Assembly (NCBI GenBank): GCA_963699815.1
Contig: CAVOVK010000004.1
Location: 74,478 to 138,477, forward strand
Direction: 5' to 3'
DNA from: an uncultured Acidimicrobiaceae bacterium
Lineage (GTDB): Bacteria > Actinomycetota > Acidimicrobiia > Acidimicrobiales > Ilumatobacteraceae
Length of the DNA stretch: 64,000 nucleotides
Shown: positions 1 to 12,137 of the stretch, piece after piece
Numbering within the stretch: the stretch's first letter is position 1
How the letters are laid out: each line of letters starts with the position of its first letter
The notes under the pieces: model-generated
What the model was told of the DNA's origin: nothing
Databases searched by the model: none
Seen by the model: the letters and a program-made list of their open reading frames with translations, nothing else
Position numbers and translations under genes: made by a program

Positions 1-316
1 GGTCGACCACGGCCTGCGTGCCGACGGGGCCGACGATCGTGAGCGGCGTCGGTCGGAACGTCATCACCCATCGAGTGGTGATCACGTCGTTGAGGTCGGT
101 GATGTGGTCGCTGTGCAGGTGGGTGATCAGCACCGCCGCCAGGTTCGGCGCGCCGACGCCCACCGCCGCCGCCCGCATCAGTACCCCGCGACCGGCGTCG
201 ACCAGGTAGTGCTCGGCGTCCGGACCCGGGCCGGTGGAGATCAACGTGGCCGGCCCGGCGCGGTCGGGGCTGGGCATCGGGCTGCCGGTACCCAGCAGGG
301 TGACGGCCAAGCTCAC
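1..316 (-). CDS. MBL-fold metallo-hydrolase, RNase Z/AtsA-like (runs off the window edge; absent from the ORF track)
   Basis: Manual translation from GTG at 316 gives [27 protein letters not shown]...LVDAGRG...[11 protein letters not shown], with the LGTG and THxHxDH motifs. The start overlaps the sulfatase stop (GTGA). Confidence 0.85.
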   Translation of the reverse strand, partial: MSLAVTLLGTGSPMPSPDRAGPATLISTGPGPDAEHYLVDAGRGVLMRAAAVGVGAPNLAAVLITHLHSDHITDLNDVITTRWVMTFRPTPLTIVGPVGTQAVVD

Positions 317-2589
317 TGCCGGCTCATTTCTGCGACGGCCTCGACCGCGAGTGCGTCGAGCTCCCGCTTCGACAGCAGCTGGATCACGACGTCGTGCAGT
401 GTGCCGGCGAACGGGAACGGTGCTTCGTACAGTTTCGACACCGGGGATCCGTGGTCGTACCCGATGCTGGGCCCCACCGACGACATCATCCGCATGAACA
501 ATGGCAGCTCGATCGATCCGGCCGGCCGGCCGTTCACCTCGAGCGACACGCTGCCCGAGCGCCCGTCGCCGCGCCGCACGCTGACGACCAGCGTCGACTC
601 GCCGGGCGGCACCTCGACGGTGGACTCGAGCACGGTGTGCTCGTCGAACACGTTGTAGTCGACGACCAGCCGGTCGCCCTGCACGAACACCGAGACACCC
701 GAGTTCTGGGTGCCGGTCGCGAACAGCACGCCGTCCTCGCCCACTCGCCGCGTGACCGTGGCGGTGAGGTCGAAACTACGGCCCCCGATCGCCGCCGACG
801 CCTGCCCGGGCATCGGTGACATCGGCGGCCGGTACACGTAACGACGGCTCTCGGGATGCGGCGAGTTGGGCCGGAACCGGGCACCGAACAGCTCGAACAT
901 GCGATCGTCCAGCGGCAGCACGCCGTGGCGTTCGGCTTCCTGCCACCACAGGTCGACCAGCTCCGCCAGTTTGTCGGGCCGGGCCCGGGCGAGGTCGTCG
1001 CACTCGGACCAGTCGTCGGTGAGGTGATACAGCTCCCAGGTTTCGGTGTCGTAGTCCGCACCTTGGGCGTGCTTGCACACCGCCTTCCACAAGGACTCAC
1101 GGTCGCCTGCGACGAGCGCCCGGCTACCACCCATCTCGAAATACTGCAACGTGTTGGTGGCGGGCGCCGACGGATCGGCGAGCACCGAGGCGAACGACTG
1201 CCCGGTGACCGGGAGCTGTTCGATCCCGCGATACGTGTCGGGCGCGGTGACGCCGACGATGTCGTAGATGGTCGGAACGATGTCGGCCACGTTGACGAAC
1301 TGGTCGCACCTGGTGCCGGCCTGGTCGGCGGCGATCTGCCCGGGGGCGTGCACGATCATCGGTACGTGCACACCACCCTCGTGGGTGTTCTGCTTGTACC
1401 ACTTGAACGGCGAGTTTCCGCACTGTGCCCACCCCCACGGGTAGTTGGTGTGGCTGTGCGGCCCACCGATCTGATCGATCTTGCCGATCGCCTCGTCGGG
1501 TGTCTCGAAGATGCCGTTGAAGAACTTCATCTCGTGCATCACCCCGAACGGTCCACCCTCTTGCGAGGCGCCATTGTCGGCGAGCACCACGAACACCGTG
1601 TTGTCGAACTGACCCATCCCGCGCAGCCCGTCGACCAACCGGCCGATCTGGTCGTCGGTGTGGTCGAGGAACGCCGCGAACGCCTCTTGCAGGCGACACG
1701 CCAGCCGCTTCTGGTTCTCGGGCAACGTGTCCCACGCGTCGACCCCGGGATTGGGCGGTGCGAGCTGCGTACCTTCGGGGATCACGCCCAACTCGAGCTG
1801 GCGCCGGTACCAGCGCTCGCGCACGACGTCCCAGCCCTCGTCGTACCTGCCGCGGTACTTCTCGAGGTAGCTGGCCGGCGCCTGATGAGGCGCATGCGTG
1901 GCGCCGAACGGCAGGTACGCGAAGAACGGACGATCGGGACGAACACCCTTCGAGTCCGACACCATCTTGAGCAGTTGGTCGACCAGGTCCTCCGACAGGT
2001 GGTAACCGTCGTCGGGCTTCGCCGGCGGGTCGATCGGATGGTTGTCGCAGGTGAGCTCGGGGTGGAATTGGTCGGTCTCGCCCTCGAGGAACCCGTAGAA
2101 GCGGTCGAAGCCGCGCGCCAGTGGCCACTGGTCGAACGGGCCGGCAGCCGAGCACTGCTCCATCGGGGCGAGATGCCACTTGCCCGCGCAGAAGGTGGCA
2201 TAGCCGGCCTCGCCCAGCACCTCGGCCACTGTGGCGGCGTGGTTGCTGATGTGGCCGAGCTGGTTGGGGAAGCCAGTGCGGAAATTGGAGAGCGCGCGCA
2301 TGCCGACCGCGTGCTGTGAACGGCCGGTCAGCAGCGAGGCGCGGGTGGGCGAGCACAGCGGTGTGACGTGGAAGTTGGTGAACTGCAGGCCGCCGGCGGC
2401 CAACGCGTCGACGTGGGCGGTGTCGATGTCGGAGCCATAGCAACCGAACTGGGCGAAGCCGGTGTCATCGAGCAGGACCAGCACCACGTTCGGCGCATCG
2501 GCACCCGGGTGGGGTGGCTCGTCGTACCACGCCTCCGAGTCGGCGACGGTGCGACCGATCGTTCCTTCGAATCGTGATGCTCGTGTCAT
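313..2589 (-). CDS. Arylsulfatase (formylglycine-dependent sulfatase)
   Basis: [15 protein letters not shown] signature, GKWHL, THAPH, DNG and [13 protein letters not shown] motifs. Likely start MTRASRF at 2589. Confidence 0.92.
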   Translation of the reverse strand: MTRASRFEGTIGRTVADSEAWYDEPPHPGADAPNVVLVLLDDTGFAQFGCYGSDIDTAHVDALAAGGLQFTNFHVTPLCSPTRASLLTGRSQHAVGMRALSNFRTGFPNQLGHISNHAATVAEVLGEAGYATFCAGKWHLAPMEQCSAAGPFDQWPLARGFDRFYGFLEGETDQFHPELTCDNHPIDPPAKPDDGYHLSEDLVDQLLKMVSDSKGVRPDRPFFAYLPFGATHAPHQAPASYLEKYRGRYDEGWDVVRERWYRRQLELGVIPEGTQLAPPNPGVDAWDTLPENQKRLACRLQEAFAAFLDHTDDQIGRLVDGLRGMGQFDNTVFVVLADNGASQEGGPFGVMHEMKFFNGIFETPDEAIGKIDQIGGPHSHTNYPWGWAQCGNSPFKWYKQNTHEGGVHVPMIVHAPGQIAADQAGTRCDQFVNVADIVPTIYDIVGVTAPDTYRGIEQLPVTGQSFASVLADPSAPATNTLQYFEMGGSRALVAGDRESLWKAVCKHAQGADYDTETWELYHLTDDWSECDDLARARPDKLAELVDLWWQEAERHGVLPLDDRMFELFGARFRPNSPHPESRRYVYRPPMSPMPGQASAAIGGRSFDLTATVTRRVGEDGVLFATGTQNSGVSVFVQGDRLVVDYNVFDEHTVLESTVEVPPGESTLVVSVRRGDGRSGSVSLEVNGRPAGSIELPLFMRMMSSVGPSIGYDHGSPVSKLYEAPFPFAGTLHDVVIQLLSKRELDALAVEAVAEMSRQ

Positions 2590-2698
2590 GACGCCCCCGT
2601 GACGTACTGCCCCGCGGGCTCGCGACCCGGCGGACGGCGCGACACTAACTGATGCGAGTGCTACTATCAATAGTTGGAGTGCAACCACCGGAGCCGCC

Positions 2699-3352
2699 AT
2701 GAACCTCTCGATCGAGACCGGCAACGAGACCACCACCAAGACCGGCACCGACGGCCGACGGGCCCGCCGCGAGCGCGGGCGGCTCGCCGTGTCGGAGGCC
2801 ATGATCGACCTGGTGTTCGAGGGTCACCTCCCACCGACGACCGAGGAGATCGCGGAGCGGGCCGGCGTCTCGATCGCGTCACTGTTCCGGTACTTCGACA
2901 CGCTCGACGACCTGCGCCGCGACACGACCGAGCTCTACTTCGACCGCTACGCCCACCTGTTCGAGATCACCGACATCGGCGAGGGCCCACTCGCGGCACG
3001 CATCGAGCGCTTCGTCGATGCCCGGGCGACGCTCTACGAGACGACCGAGCCGATGTGCCGCCTCGTGCGGGTCCGCGCTCACGAGGTCGAAGCGCTCAGC
3101 GACATGATGAGCCTCGTCATCACCTCCCGTGCCGATCAGATCCGTCATCACTTCGACGCCGAGCTGTCGGCGATGACGCTCGACGCCGCCGAGGATGCGA
3201 CGGCCGTCATCAGCACGGTCACGTCATTCGAATCGTGGGACCAGATGTGCCGCATCCTCGATCGCAGCCAGGCCGAAATACGGCGCGCCTGGCTCGGCGT
3301 ACTCGGCCAGATCCTCGAACCCACCCCGCGGCAACCGGCACACACCGCATGA
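2699..3352 (+). CDS. TetR/AcrR family regulator
   Basis: HTH motif TTEEIAERAGVSIASLFRYF; divergent from the sulfatase. Confidence 0.9.
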   Translation: MNLSIETGNETTTKTGTDGRRARRERGRLAVSEAMIDLVFEGHLPPTTEEIAERAGVSIASLFRYFDTLDDLRRDTTELYFDRYAHLFEITDIGEGPLAARIERFVDARATLYETTEPMCRLVRVRAHEVEALSDMMSLVITSRADQIRHHFDAELSAMTLDAAEDATAVISTVTSFESWDQMCRILDRSQAEIRRAWLGVLGQILEPTPRQPAHTA

Positions 3353-3834
3353 CCTCCGACGGAGTCGATCAGATCCCGGTCGCCCACACACCCCCTGGTG
3401 GCTACGGCGAGGCAGTTCCCGAGCCGGTCCTGGCGAGCTGCACCGACGCCCTGAGCGAGGGCGCACCCGATCTACGCGGCTGGTGGCGAACGGTCGAGGT
3501 ATCGGTCGACGGGGAACAGCAGCCGACGCACCCCGCGCTCGGACACCGCCAACGGATCGAACAAGCGGGTGACCGCGTGGTCGTGACGGGCGGTGGTGTG
3601 GTGCACGACATGCGCTGTGACGGCACGGTCGAACGCGGCGTGCACGACGTCGCAGAGTTCGACAAACCGACCGAGATCACCGTGGTGGCGACCTACGAGG
3701 ACGGGGTGCACGTACTTCGACCCGTCGGCATGCCGATCGAGGTGAAGCGGCGACGCGGGCCCATTCATGATGTGGTAGTACCTCGGCTTCACCGCTCGCC
3801 TCGAGCGCATCGACGCCTGACGGAATGTGCCTGA
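3349..3834 (+). CDS. Hypothetical protein (probable frameshift near the 3' end)
   Basis: MTSDGVDQIPVAHTPPGGYG...PDLRGWWR... starts at an ATGA overlap with the TetR stop and has protein-like composition. Confidence 0.6.
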   Translation: MTSDGVDQIPVAHTPPGGYGEAVPEPVLASCTDALSEGAPDLRGWWRTVEVSVDGEQQPTHPALGHRQRIEQAGDRVVVTGGGVVHDMRCDGTVERGVHDVAEFDKPTEITVVATYEDGVHVLRPVGMPIEVKRRRGPIHDVVVPRLHRSPRAHRRLTECA

Positions 3835-3853
3835 CACCATTCCGACTTACGCG

Positions 3854-5654
3854 TCAGATGGGCCGGTCAGCGTCGAAGTCGGGGACTCGCGGGGTGTCGT
3901 GCAGTAGCCGCAGCGTGTAGTCCTGCTGCGGGTTCGACAGGGTGTCGGCGGCCGTGCCGAGCTCGACGATGACACCTTCGGACATCACCGCGACGCGCTG
4001 GGCGATCGACCGCACGAGCGGCAGGTTGTGGGTGACGAACAGCATCGCCAACCCGAGTTCGTTCTGGAGGTCGACGAGCAACTCGATCGTCGCCGCCTGC
4101 ACCAGCACGTCGAGCGCCGAGGTGACCTCGTCACAGATCAGGACCTGCGGCTCGCTGACCAGTGCCCGTGCGATCGCCACCCGCTGGCGTTCGCCGCCCG
4201 AGAGCTGATCGGGGAACCGGTTGCCGTACATGGAGCTGAGCGACACGCGTTCGAGCATCCGGTCGACGTCCCGGCGGATTTGGCGTTTGTCGACGCCCGC
4301 GATCGCCAACGGCCGGGCGATCGAATCGGCAACCGACCGCCGCGGATGCAACGAGCTGTACGGGTTCTGGAAGACGTACTGGATCGAGAGGCGCTGTTGA
4401 ATCGGCCGATCGCGCGACGAACGAGCGAGCGGCTGGCCCTCGAGCGCGATCTCGCCCTGCCATTCCCGATGCAGACCCCCGATCGACCGCGACAGCGTGC
4501 TCTTGCCCGAACCGGACTCTCCGACCAGCGCGACACACTCCCCACGAGCGATGTCGAACGACACGTCGTGCACCACGGCAAGGCCTGTGTATGAGGCCGT
4601 GACACCGCGCAAACTGAGCGCTGGCGCGCCATCGGAATCGGCGATACCGACGGCCGGGCGTGGCACCGTGCGCTCGGGTACCTCGAAGGCGTGGAAGCAG
4701 CGCACCTCGTGCGAGCCGCTGTCGCCAACCGTGGTGACGGCCGGGAACTCGATCGCGACACTGATCGGTCGCCAGCTCGCACCGGATCGCGAACGCACAT
4801 CCGACCGGACGTTGTCCGGGAGACGGGGCACGACCGCCCAACCCGACGAGCTGTCGATCGCTGCCCATCTCGGGTGCCGCGGCGACGAGGTAGCGGGTGT
4901 ACGGATGGGCGGGCTTCGCGAAGACTTCCGAGGTGGGCGCCAGCTCGACGACGCGGCCGGCGTACATCACCGCCACCTGATCCGCGAGCGTCGCCACGAC
5001 GGCCAAGTCGTGGGTCACGTACAGGGCGGCGACACCGTGCTGGCGGGCCAGGTTGCGAATCGTCTCGAGCACGTAGGCCTGGGTGGTCACATCGAGACCG
5101 GTCGTCGGCTCGTCGAGCACGATCACCGCCGGCCGAGCCGCGAACGCCATCGCCAGCCCGACCCGCTGCTGTTGACCACCCGACAACTGGTGCGGGTAGC
5201 GACGCAGGAACGCGGCCGAGGAGGGCAGCTTCACCTCTTCGAACACCTCGGCCACCCGGGCTTGGCGCTCGGCATCGTCGGCGCCGAATCCGTGGGTCTC
5301 GAGCACCTCGAGCACCTGACCGCCGATCCGCAACGCGGGGTTCAACGCGGTTCCCGGATCCTGGGGTACGTAGCTGACCAGCCGTCCACGAGCGTCGCGC
5401 AACGCCTTGCCGTCGAGCTCGAGGATGTTGGCCCCCTCGATCGTGATCGAACCCGCCGACACCGCGACTCCTTTGCGGGCGTGCCCGAGCACGGCGAGGC
5501 CGACGGTGGTCTTGCCAGAGCCTGACTCGCCCACCAAGCCGAGCACTTGGCCGCGGGCGATCGACACGGTGATCTCGTCGACGATGTCGTGCCCGCTCTG
5601 AGCGACGTCGAGCCGCAGATCCTTGATGGTGATCGCCGCGTCCTGCTCGTTCAC
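3854..5654 (-). CDS. Dipeptide/oligopeptide ABC ATP-binding protein, two fused NBDs (frameshift ~4750)
   Basis: Two GESGSGK Walker A motifs, LSGGQQQR/LSGGERQR, DEPTT/DEVTS and HPYT, found in ORFs 4131..6467 and 3854..4831. Confidence 0.88.
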
Positions 5655-6562
5655 GAGTCGGGTCGTCCTCGGTCGATACCGGCCACCGTGCGTGACAACC
5701 CGTCGCTGATCAGACCCGTGCCGACGGTGAGCAAGGCGATCGCGATCGCCGGCAGCACGGTGCCCCAGGGCTGCACCGACAGAGCGACGCGATTCTCCTG
5801 CACCATGAGGCCCCAGTCGGCGGCGTTGCGCTCGGTCGCGAACCCCAAGAAGCCGAGACCGGCGATGATCCCGATCGAGTAGGTGAGACGCAGGTTCGCC
5901 TCGACCAGCAACGGACCGATCACGTTGGGCAGCAGTTCGCGGGTGATGATGCGGAACCGCGACTCCCCGAGCGCTTCGGCGGCAGCGACGAAGTCGCGTT
6001 CGACCACCGGCACCGCGGCCCCGCGGGTGATGCGAGCGATGCGCGGGATCGTGGTGACCCCGACGATCGTGATGATCAGCCATGGCTCGGGCCCGACGGT
6101 GGTGAGCGCAACCAGCGCGAGCAACAGCTGCGGGAACGCCAACACGACGTCCATCACCCGCATCAACACATCGTCGATGCGGCCTCGGTTGTAGGCGGCG
6201 ACGAGACCGATCGCACTGCCGAACAGGAAGCCGATGAACGTCGACACCGACGCCAGGACGAGAATCGACCTGCCGCCGTAGAGGAATCGGGTCCAGACGT
6301 CCTGTCCGAAGTAGTCGGTGCCCAGCCAGGTACCGGGAACCTCTCGCAGGTTCGCCGTCCCGACGAACTCGGACGGGCCGTAGGGCGCGATCCAGGGCCC
6401 GACGATCGCGATCCCGACGAGCAGCAGTACCAGGGCGACACCGATGCGCGTACGCCACAGCCCCCACGCCGCCCTCATCAGTCCGGGCTGGGACGTCGCC
6501 ACCGCACTGTCGAGCGTCTCGTCGATCGTGTCGTCGACCGGGACCGTCACGGGGTACGTCAT
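5651..6562 (-). CDS. Peptide ABC permease (DppC-like)
   Basis: LGTDYFGQDV, EAA-like loop (FVAAAEALGES), LLPN, DWG; hydrophobic. Confidence 0.9.
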   Translation of the reverse strand: MTYPVTVPVDDTIDETLDSAVATSQPGLMRAAWGLWRTRIGVALVLLLVGIAIVGPWIAPYGPSEFVGTANLREVPGTWLGTDYFGQDVWTRFLYGGRSILVLASVSTFIGFLFGSAIGLVAAYNRGRIDDVLMRVMDVVLAFPQLLLALVALTTVGPEPWLIITIVGVTTIPRIARITRGAAVPVVERDFVAAAEALGESRFRIITRELLPNVIGPLLVEANLRLTYSIGIIAGLGFLGFATERNAADWGLMVQENRVALSVQPWGTVLPAIAIALLTVGTGLISDGLSRTVAGIDRGRPDS

Positions 6563-7515
6563 TGCAGCCTCGTGCGCAGGCGCGGTGTGACGATGATGGT
6601 CACGAGGTCGGCGACCAGGTTGCTGATCACGTAGATCGTCGCGATGAACATTGCGATGAACTGCACGACCGGGGCGTTCGCCTCGGGGATCGCGTCGCGC
6701 AGGGCGATGCCCAGCCCGCGGTAGTTGAACAGCGACTCGACGATCACGACCCCACCCGCCAGATAGGCGATGTTGAGGGCGATGACCTGCAGCGTCGGAC
6801 CGAGCGCGTTCGGAAAAGCGTGGCGCCACAGCACCGCACGTTCGGGCAGGCCTTTGAGCCGGGCCATCTCGACATAGTCACTCTCGAGCACCTCGATCAT
6901 CGCCGCCCGCATCGTTCGCGCGACGTGCGGGGTGACCGCCAACACCAGCGTCAGCACCGGCAGCACCATGCCGTCCAGGTCCGACCAGGGTTGCTCACCC
7001 GGGCGGATGCGGCTCACGGCCGGCACGATGTTCCAGAAGTTGGTGGCGAACACGACCGTCAACAGGGCTCCGACGACGAACTCGGGCATCGCGGCGAGCA
7101 CCAGCAACTGGTTCGACAGCGTCCGGTCGAACCATCCGTCACGTCGCAGCGCCGAATAGGCGCCGAGGAACAGCGAGAGCGGTATCGAGATCACCGACGA
7201 GACGGCCATCAGGAACAGCGAGTTCTTGACTCGGTCGCTGAGCAGCTCCCACACCGGCTGGCTGTTGGTGTACGAGACACCCGGATCGCCGGTGACCAAT
7301 CCCGTCAACCAATCGAAATACCGGGTGACGATCGGACGATCGAGATCGAGCTCGGCCCGCCGGGCCGTGACCACGTCGGGGAGCGCCCCCCGACCCAACA
7401 TCCGCCTGACGGGATCGCCGAGCACGTTGGTCAGCGCGAACACCGCGATCGACACGACGATCAGCGTGGCGACACCCCAGAGCAGACGCCGGATGATGAG
7501 TTTGAAGATGCCCAT
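6559..7515 (-). CDS. Peptide ABC permease (DppB-like)
   Basis: GDPGVS, DYVEMARLKGL, HAFPNAL, GGVVIVESLFNYRGLG. Confidence 0.92.
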   Translation of the reverse strand: MGIFKLIIRRLLWGVATLIVVSIAVFALTNVLGDPVRRMLGRGALPDVVTARRAELDLDRPIVTRYFDWLTGLVTGDPGVSYTNSQPVWELLSDRVKNSLFLMAVSSVISIPLSLFLGAYSALRRDGWFDRTLSNQLLVLAAMPEFVVGALLTVVFATNFWNIVPAVSRIRPGEQPWSDLDGMVLPVLTLVLAVTPHVARTMRAAMIEVLESDYVEMARLKGLPERAVLWRHAFPNALGPTLQVIALNIAYLAGGVVIVESLFNYRGLGIALRDAIPEANAPVVQFIAMFIATIYVISNLVADLVTIIVTPRLRTRLQ

Positions 7516-7574
7516 GGAACGCCGGGATGACGGGGCCAGGACGCAGCCAGTGATCCGCGCCCCGGCCCGTCAGG

Positions 7575-9290
7575 TCACAGGTCGAGCCAGATGTTCTTCC
7601 AGCCGCGGCCGAAGTGGTCGAAGTTGAGCAGGTTCGGTCGGGCGACGGCGCCCTTCACGTACGACGCGTGTCCGTCGATCAGGTTCTGGAAGTACGAGAT
7701 GATGTTGCCACCCTCCTCGTACTCCTGGCGCTGCATCTCGCGGATGATCTCGTTGCGCTTCTCGGTGTCGACCTCGGCGATCGCCTGGTCGTACAGCTCG
7801 ATGAAGTTCGAACCCTCCGGTGGCCACCGCGTCTCGGGATACGTCGCGGTGGGCAACGAACCGGCGCCCACCTGGTTGAGGTAGGGGCGGGTGCTCCAGT
7901 AGCTGGTGGCGAACGGCCGCTCGAGGTAGCCACCTTCGCCCCAGTAGGTGCCGCCGTCGAGCACGGTCGCCTTGACGTTGATGCCACCCGACTGGGCCTG
8001 CTCGGCGAACGCCGTGATGTATTCGGGGAGACCGGCGGTGTCGTCGGGAGCGAACACCTCGAACTCGGCATCGGCCAGACCGGCCTCCTGCGAGGAGTGC
8101 CCTGGCCTGCTCGAGGTCCTGCTCGCGCTGGGGGAAATCACTCGGATACGAGCTGTCGAGTACGCCGTACATGTCGTTGCCGACCCGGCCGTGCCCGGAG
8201 AGCACCCGCTGCACCATCTCTTCGCGGTTGACGATCAGGCGCATCGCCTGACGCACGCGCACGTCGTCGAACGGGTGCCACGTCGACGCGCATCGTGATC
8301 GTCTGCCAGTTGCCGTTCGTCGCCTCGAGCAACACGAGTTCGCTGTCGGACTCGACTGCTCCCGCCTGGGCGTAGGGGAGGTCGATCGCGACATCGATGT
8401 CACCCGACGAAGTGCGTTGACGAGCGCCGACTGGTCGGCGAAGTCGATGATCTGGACCTCGTCGAGGTACGAGTCGCCCCAGTAGTTCTCGAAGCGGACG
8501 TGCACGCTCTCGGAGCCCGGCGTGAAGCTCTGGAGCTTGAAGGCCCCGGTTCCGATCTGGGTGCTCGGATCGCCGTCGAAGCGCGCGTAGTCGACGGGCA
8601 CGATGGTGGCGCCGTAGTCGGCCAGGCCGTACAAGAACGCGACACTCGGCTTGAGGAGGTTGATCTCGACGGTCCGTTCGTCGAGTTTGGTGAAGCTGTT
8701 GGTGTCGATGAACTGGGTGAGGTTGGGAGCGATTCCGAGCTCGGGGTCGATCAGCCGGTTGAACGAGTAGATCAGATCGTCCGCACCGACGGTCTTACCG
8801 TTGTGGAACTCGACGCCCTGCTTCAGGCGGATGACGTACTGATCGGGGGCGAGCGCCTCGATCTCTTCGGCAAGGCTGTTGTTGTACGCGATGTTGAAAT
8901 TGTCGTCGTAGTTGGAGATCGGCTCCCAACCCGACACCAGCCGGGCCTGGTCGGCGCGCGGACACGATGTACTGAGCGTCCATCAGGTCGTTGGTGCTGC
9001 CGACGAGGCCGACGCGCAACGTGCCACCCGACTTGATACCGCCGGCCGGCACGGTCGTCTCCGTGACCGCAGGGGCCGTGGTCGCCGTGCTCCCCGGTGC
9101 CGTCGTGCCGGTGGCATCGGTTGCGCCGGTCGTTGCGGAAGGCGGCTGTCGTTCCGGAGGGAGCGGTGGTGTTGGCGGCCGTGTCGTCGTCGCCGCCGCA
9201 GGCGGCGAGCACTCCGGCGGCGCCTGCGCCGATGATGAACTGCCGTCGCCCGAGATTACTCGGCAACCACAACTTGCGATCCTCACTCAT
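7575..9290 (-). CDS. Peptide ABC substrate-binding lipoprotein, family 5 (several frameshifts)
   Basis: Tat-like GRRQFIIG and LAACGGDDD lipobox; LKQGVEFHNGK, IGTGAFKL and FDDVRVRQAM pieces in adjacent frames. Confidence 0.82.
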
Positions 9291-9516
9291 TCGAGCCCCC
9301 CTCAGTGGTGCGATGCGGCTCGACTGAGCCGATTCCGAACCATATCTCACGCCGCCTGTCCGCAAGGTCACGGGGCGCGCCGCCTCGCCGTTCGACACAG
9401 CTCGTCGCAGACGCTGATCCGGAGCGGTCCGACGACAACCGGTCGGACACAGCACGGCTCGACCAACCACAGCACAGCTCGGCCACAGACCAAGATCCGC
9501 GGGTTCCTGCTCGACA

Positions 9517-10757
9517 TCACCGAGGGTGAACCGCGCCACTTCGCTGCTGATGGGAGGGCTCGGGATTCGGCAGACGGCTGCAACACACGGCACCGAGCAT
9601 CGCCACTGTCGCCGACAACGCGAACACCCACGTGAACGAGCCCAGCGCGTCCGCGAGGCTGCCACCGATCTGGGGCGAGATCATCTGGGTCACCCCGAAG
9701 GCCAGAGTCGCCGCACTGAACGCCGGACCGTAGGTGGTGACGTCGGTGTGATCGACGATGTGGGCGGTGATCAACGTCGGGATGCCCGAGAACATCAGTC
9801 CGATCCCCACCGATGCGATCGCGACCCAGGGCTGGCGTCCGGTCAGCACCAGCAACCCGCACAGTCCGAACAGCGTGAACGCCATCGTGAGCGTGGTGCG
9901 CCTGCCGATCCGGTCGGACAGAAGTCCCACGGTCATGCCACCGAACGCCGCCGACACGCCGACCAGCGAGAACATCGCAGTGGCTCGAGCCGACGAGAAA
10001 CCCGAATCGTCCTCGAGCCGGGCCACCAGGAACCCGAGCACGAGGATGTAGGCGAATCCGAAGGACGCGTACGCGGCCGTGGCCGGGATCCATCCTCGAA
10101 CGGTTCGCAGTGCTCCGAAACCGCCGAACCCCCCGGCCAGCGACGGGCGATCGCCGCGCGAGCGCAACAGCAGGAACGCTCCCGCCAGCACCACGACCGC
10201 GATCGCGAACTCGATGCGGTAGAGCGTTTGCCATGCGTCCGCCGCGTCACTGCGACGATCGAGGAACGCAGCGACCTGACCGGCGAACACGATCCCGATC
10301 CCGATCCCCGACCCGACCATCCCGACCGCCGTACCAGCCCGATGCGGGGGAAGCGTCCTCGCCGCGATCGCGGGAGCAGGGATCCAGATCACTGCACCGC
10401 CGAGCCCCATCGGAACAGCGCGACACCGAGCACCGGAGCGTTGGGTGCGATCGACGCAAGCCCGAGCGACGCGGTCGAGATCGTGAGACCGAGCCGGACG
10501 AGGCCGATCAGCGTGACCTTCGATGCCGCCCACGAGACGGCGAGCGTGCCGAGCAGATACGCGGTGACATTGAGGGTGCCGAAGAATCCGGCGAGGGTGT
10601 TCGACCCGTCGAGCACGTCGTCTCGCGCTCCGGGCAACACCACTCCCCACGTGAACCGCCCGAACGCCTGCGCAACGGCCGCCGACGCCATCACGAGCAC
10701 GATCACCAACCAGATCCGCTCGGAGGTGCCGGCCTCGCGGTCCTGACGGTCGGTCAC
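9517..10757 (-). CDS. MFS transporter (YbfB/YjiJ-like; frameshift ~10410)
   Basis: QAFGRFTWG N-terminus, GLLSDRIGRR motif A, many TM segments. Confidence 0.8.
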
Positions 10758-10989
10758 TTCGGGATCACGGTCGGAGACTAGGGGTATCCCGAGTGGGAGA
10801 ACGGCTCGGAGTGGAAACGATACGACCGCGGCTGGACCACGAGCGGTGGCACGAGGATCACCGGGCTATGGACCCGGGTCCCCTGCCCGGTGCTCGAGTT
10901 CCTCTCGGGCCGACCTCGGCCGCTGCGAGAATTGACCGTCGGGATCACGTCGGTGACCGCGCACGCTATCGACCGTGCGACACTTCGCT

Positions 10990-11490
10990 ATGACTCCGTT
11001 CGAGGCAATCGTCAGTAAACGAGACCTGCGGGTCTACACCGACCGCGCGATCCCCGACGAGGTGATGCATCGGATCCTGCAAGCCGGACGAATGGCCGGC
11101 AGCGCCAAGAACATCGAGGCCAACCGGCTGATCGTGGTCACCGATCAGGCCGTGCAGGATGCACTGGCGGCAGCGGGCGACTTCGCGTCCTGGATCGGCG
11201 GCTCGGCCGCGGTGATCGGGTTCGCGTCGCCGATCGATCAGCTACGCCTGTTCGACGTCGGCCGCCAGGCCCAGAACATGATGATCGCCGCCCACTCCGA
11301 AGGCGTCGGCAGTTGCCCCGTCACCCTCGGCCATGCCGACAGGGCGCGGGTCGCGGTCGGCCTGCCCGAGGACTGGACGATGCCGATGGTGATCACGCTG
11401 GGATACCCGGTCGCCGATCATCCCGACAGCCCTCTCAAGCGACCGCGCATCGCGCTCGACGAACTCGTCCGCTACGACCGCTGGAGCTGA
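10990..11490 (+). CDS. Nitroreductase family protein
   Basis: FEAIVSKRDLRVY, AGRMAGSAKN, QNMMIAAHSEGVGSC, ITLGYP. Confidence 0.85.
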   Translation: MTPFEAIVSKRDLRVYTDRAIPDEVMHRILQAGRMAGSAKNIEANRLIVVTDQAVQDALAAAGDFASWIGGSAAVIGFASPIDQLRLFDVGRQAQNMMIAAHSEGVGSCPVTLGHADRARVAVGLPEDWTMPMVITLGYPVADHPDSPLKRPRIALDELVRYDRWS

Positions 11491-11539
11491 CAGCGACCGC
11501 CACGCCCCGATCCGACCACCGCTGAAGTAGTTTGCCGCG

Positions 11540-12137
11540 ATGGAAATCGATGCGGTAGCCGTGACACGAACCGAGGCAGTCGACGCAGCAATGAACGACG
11601 TCCGGCGAATCGAAGCCGACCTCGGAGTCACACGCGAGGCAGTCGCTGCCATCCGGGATCGGCTGATCGAGTTGAGCGCCCTGCGCGAGCTGTTTCCACC
11701 CGACAGCTTTCCGGCGCCACCCGCGCACGGCGAACTCGACCAGCTACTTGTATCGCCTCGCTCAGGATTCGGACGACCGCTTCGCGCTGTACGTGCAGTC
11801 GAGCCGAGGCCACGTGGAGACGCCTCCCCACAATCACACCACCTGGGCGGTGGTGGTCGGTCACTCGGGTCACGAGCTGAACAAGTTCTACGAACGCGGC
11901 GCCGACAGCGTGATCGAAACGAACCAGCACATGGTGCAGGCCGGCACAGGGGTCGCCATGCTGCCCGACGACGTGCATTCGATCCACATCGACGGACCGG
12001 CACTCAACTTCCACTGCTATGGGTTGGCACTCGAACGGCTCGACCGGCGCGAGTACTTCAGCGCGACGAGCGGCGAATGGAAGTCGTTCGCCAACATCAG
12101 CGGCATCCGCGAAGCACGCGCCGGCCTCGACTGCTGA
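11540..12137 (+). CDS. Cysteine dioxygenase-like cupin (frameshift ~11745)
   Basis: PPHNHTTWAVVVG, DDVHSI, HCYG metal-binding cupin pattern. Confidence 0.75.

Noticed and set aside
2645-2675. TetR operator (TGAT...ATCA) in the divergent region
   Set aside because: The palindrome is too imperfect to call.
7528-7572. Stem-loop after the peptide-binding protein gene
   Set aside because: Imperfect GC stem; plausible but ordinary and weakly supported.
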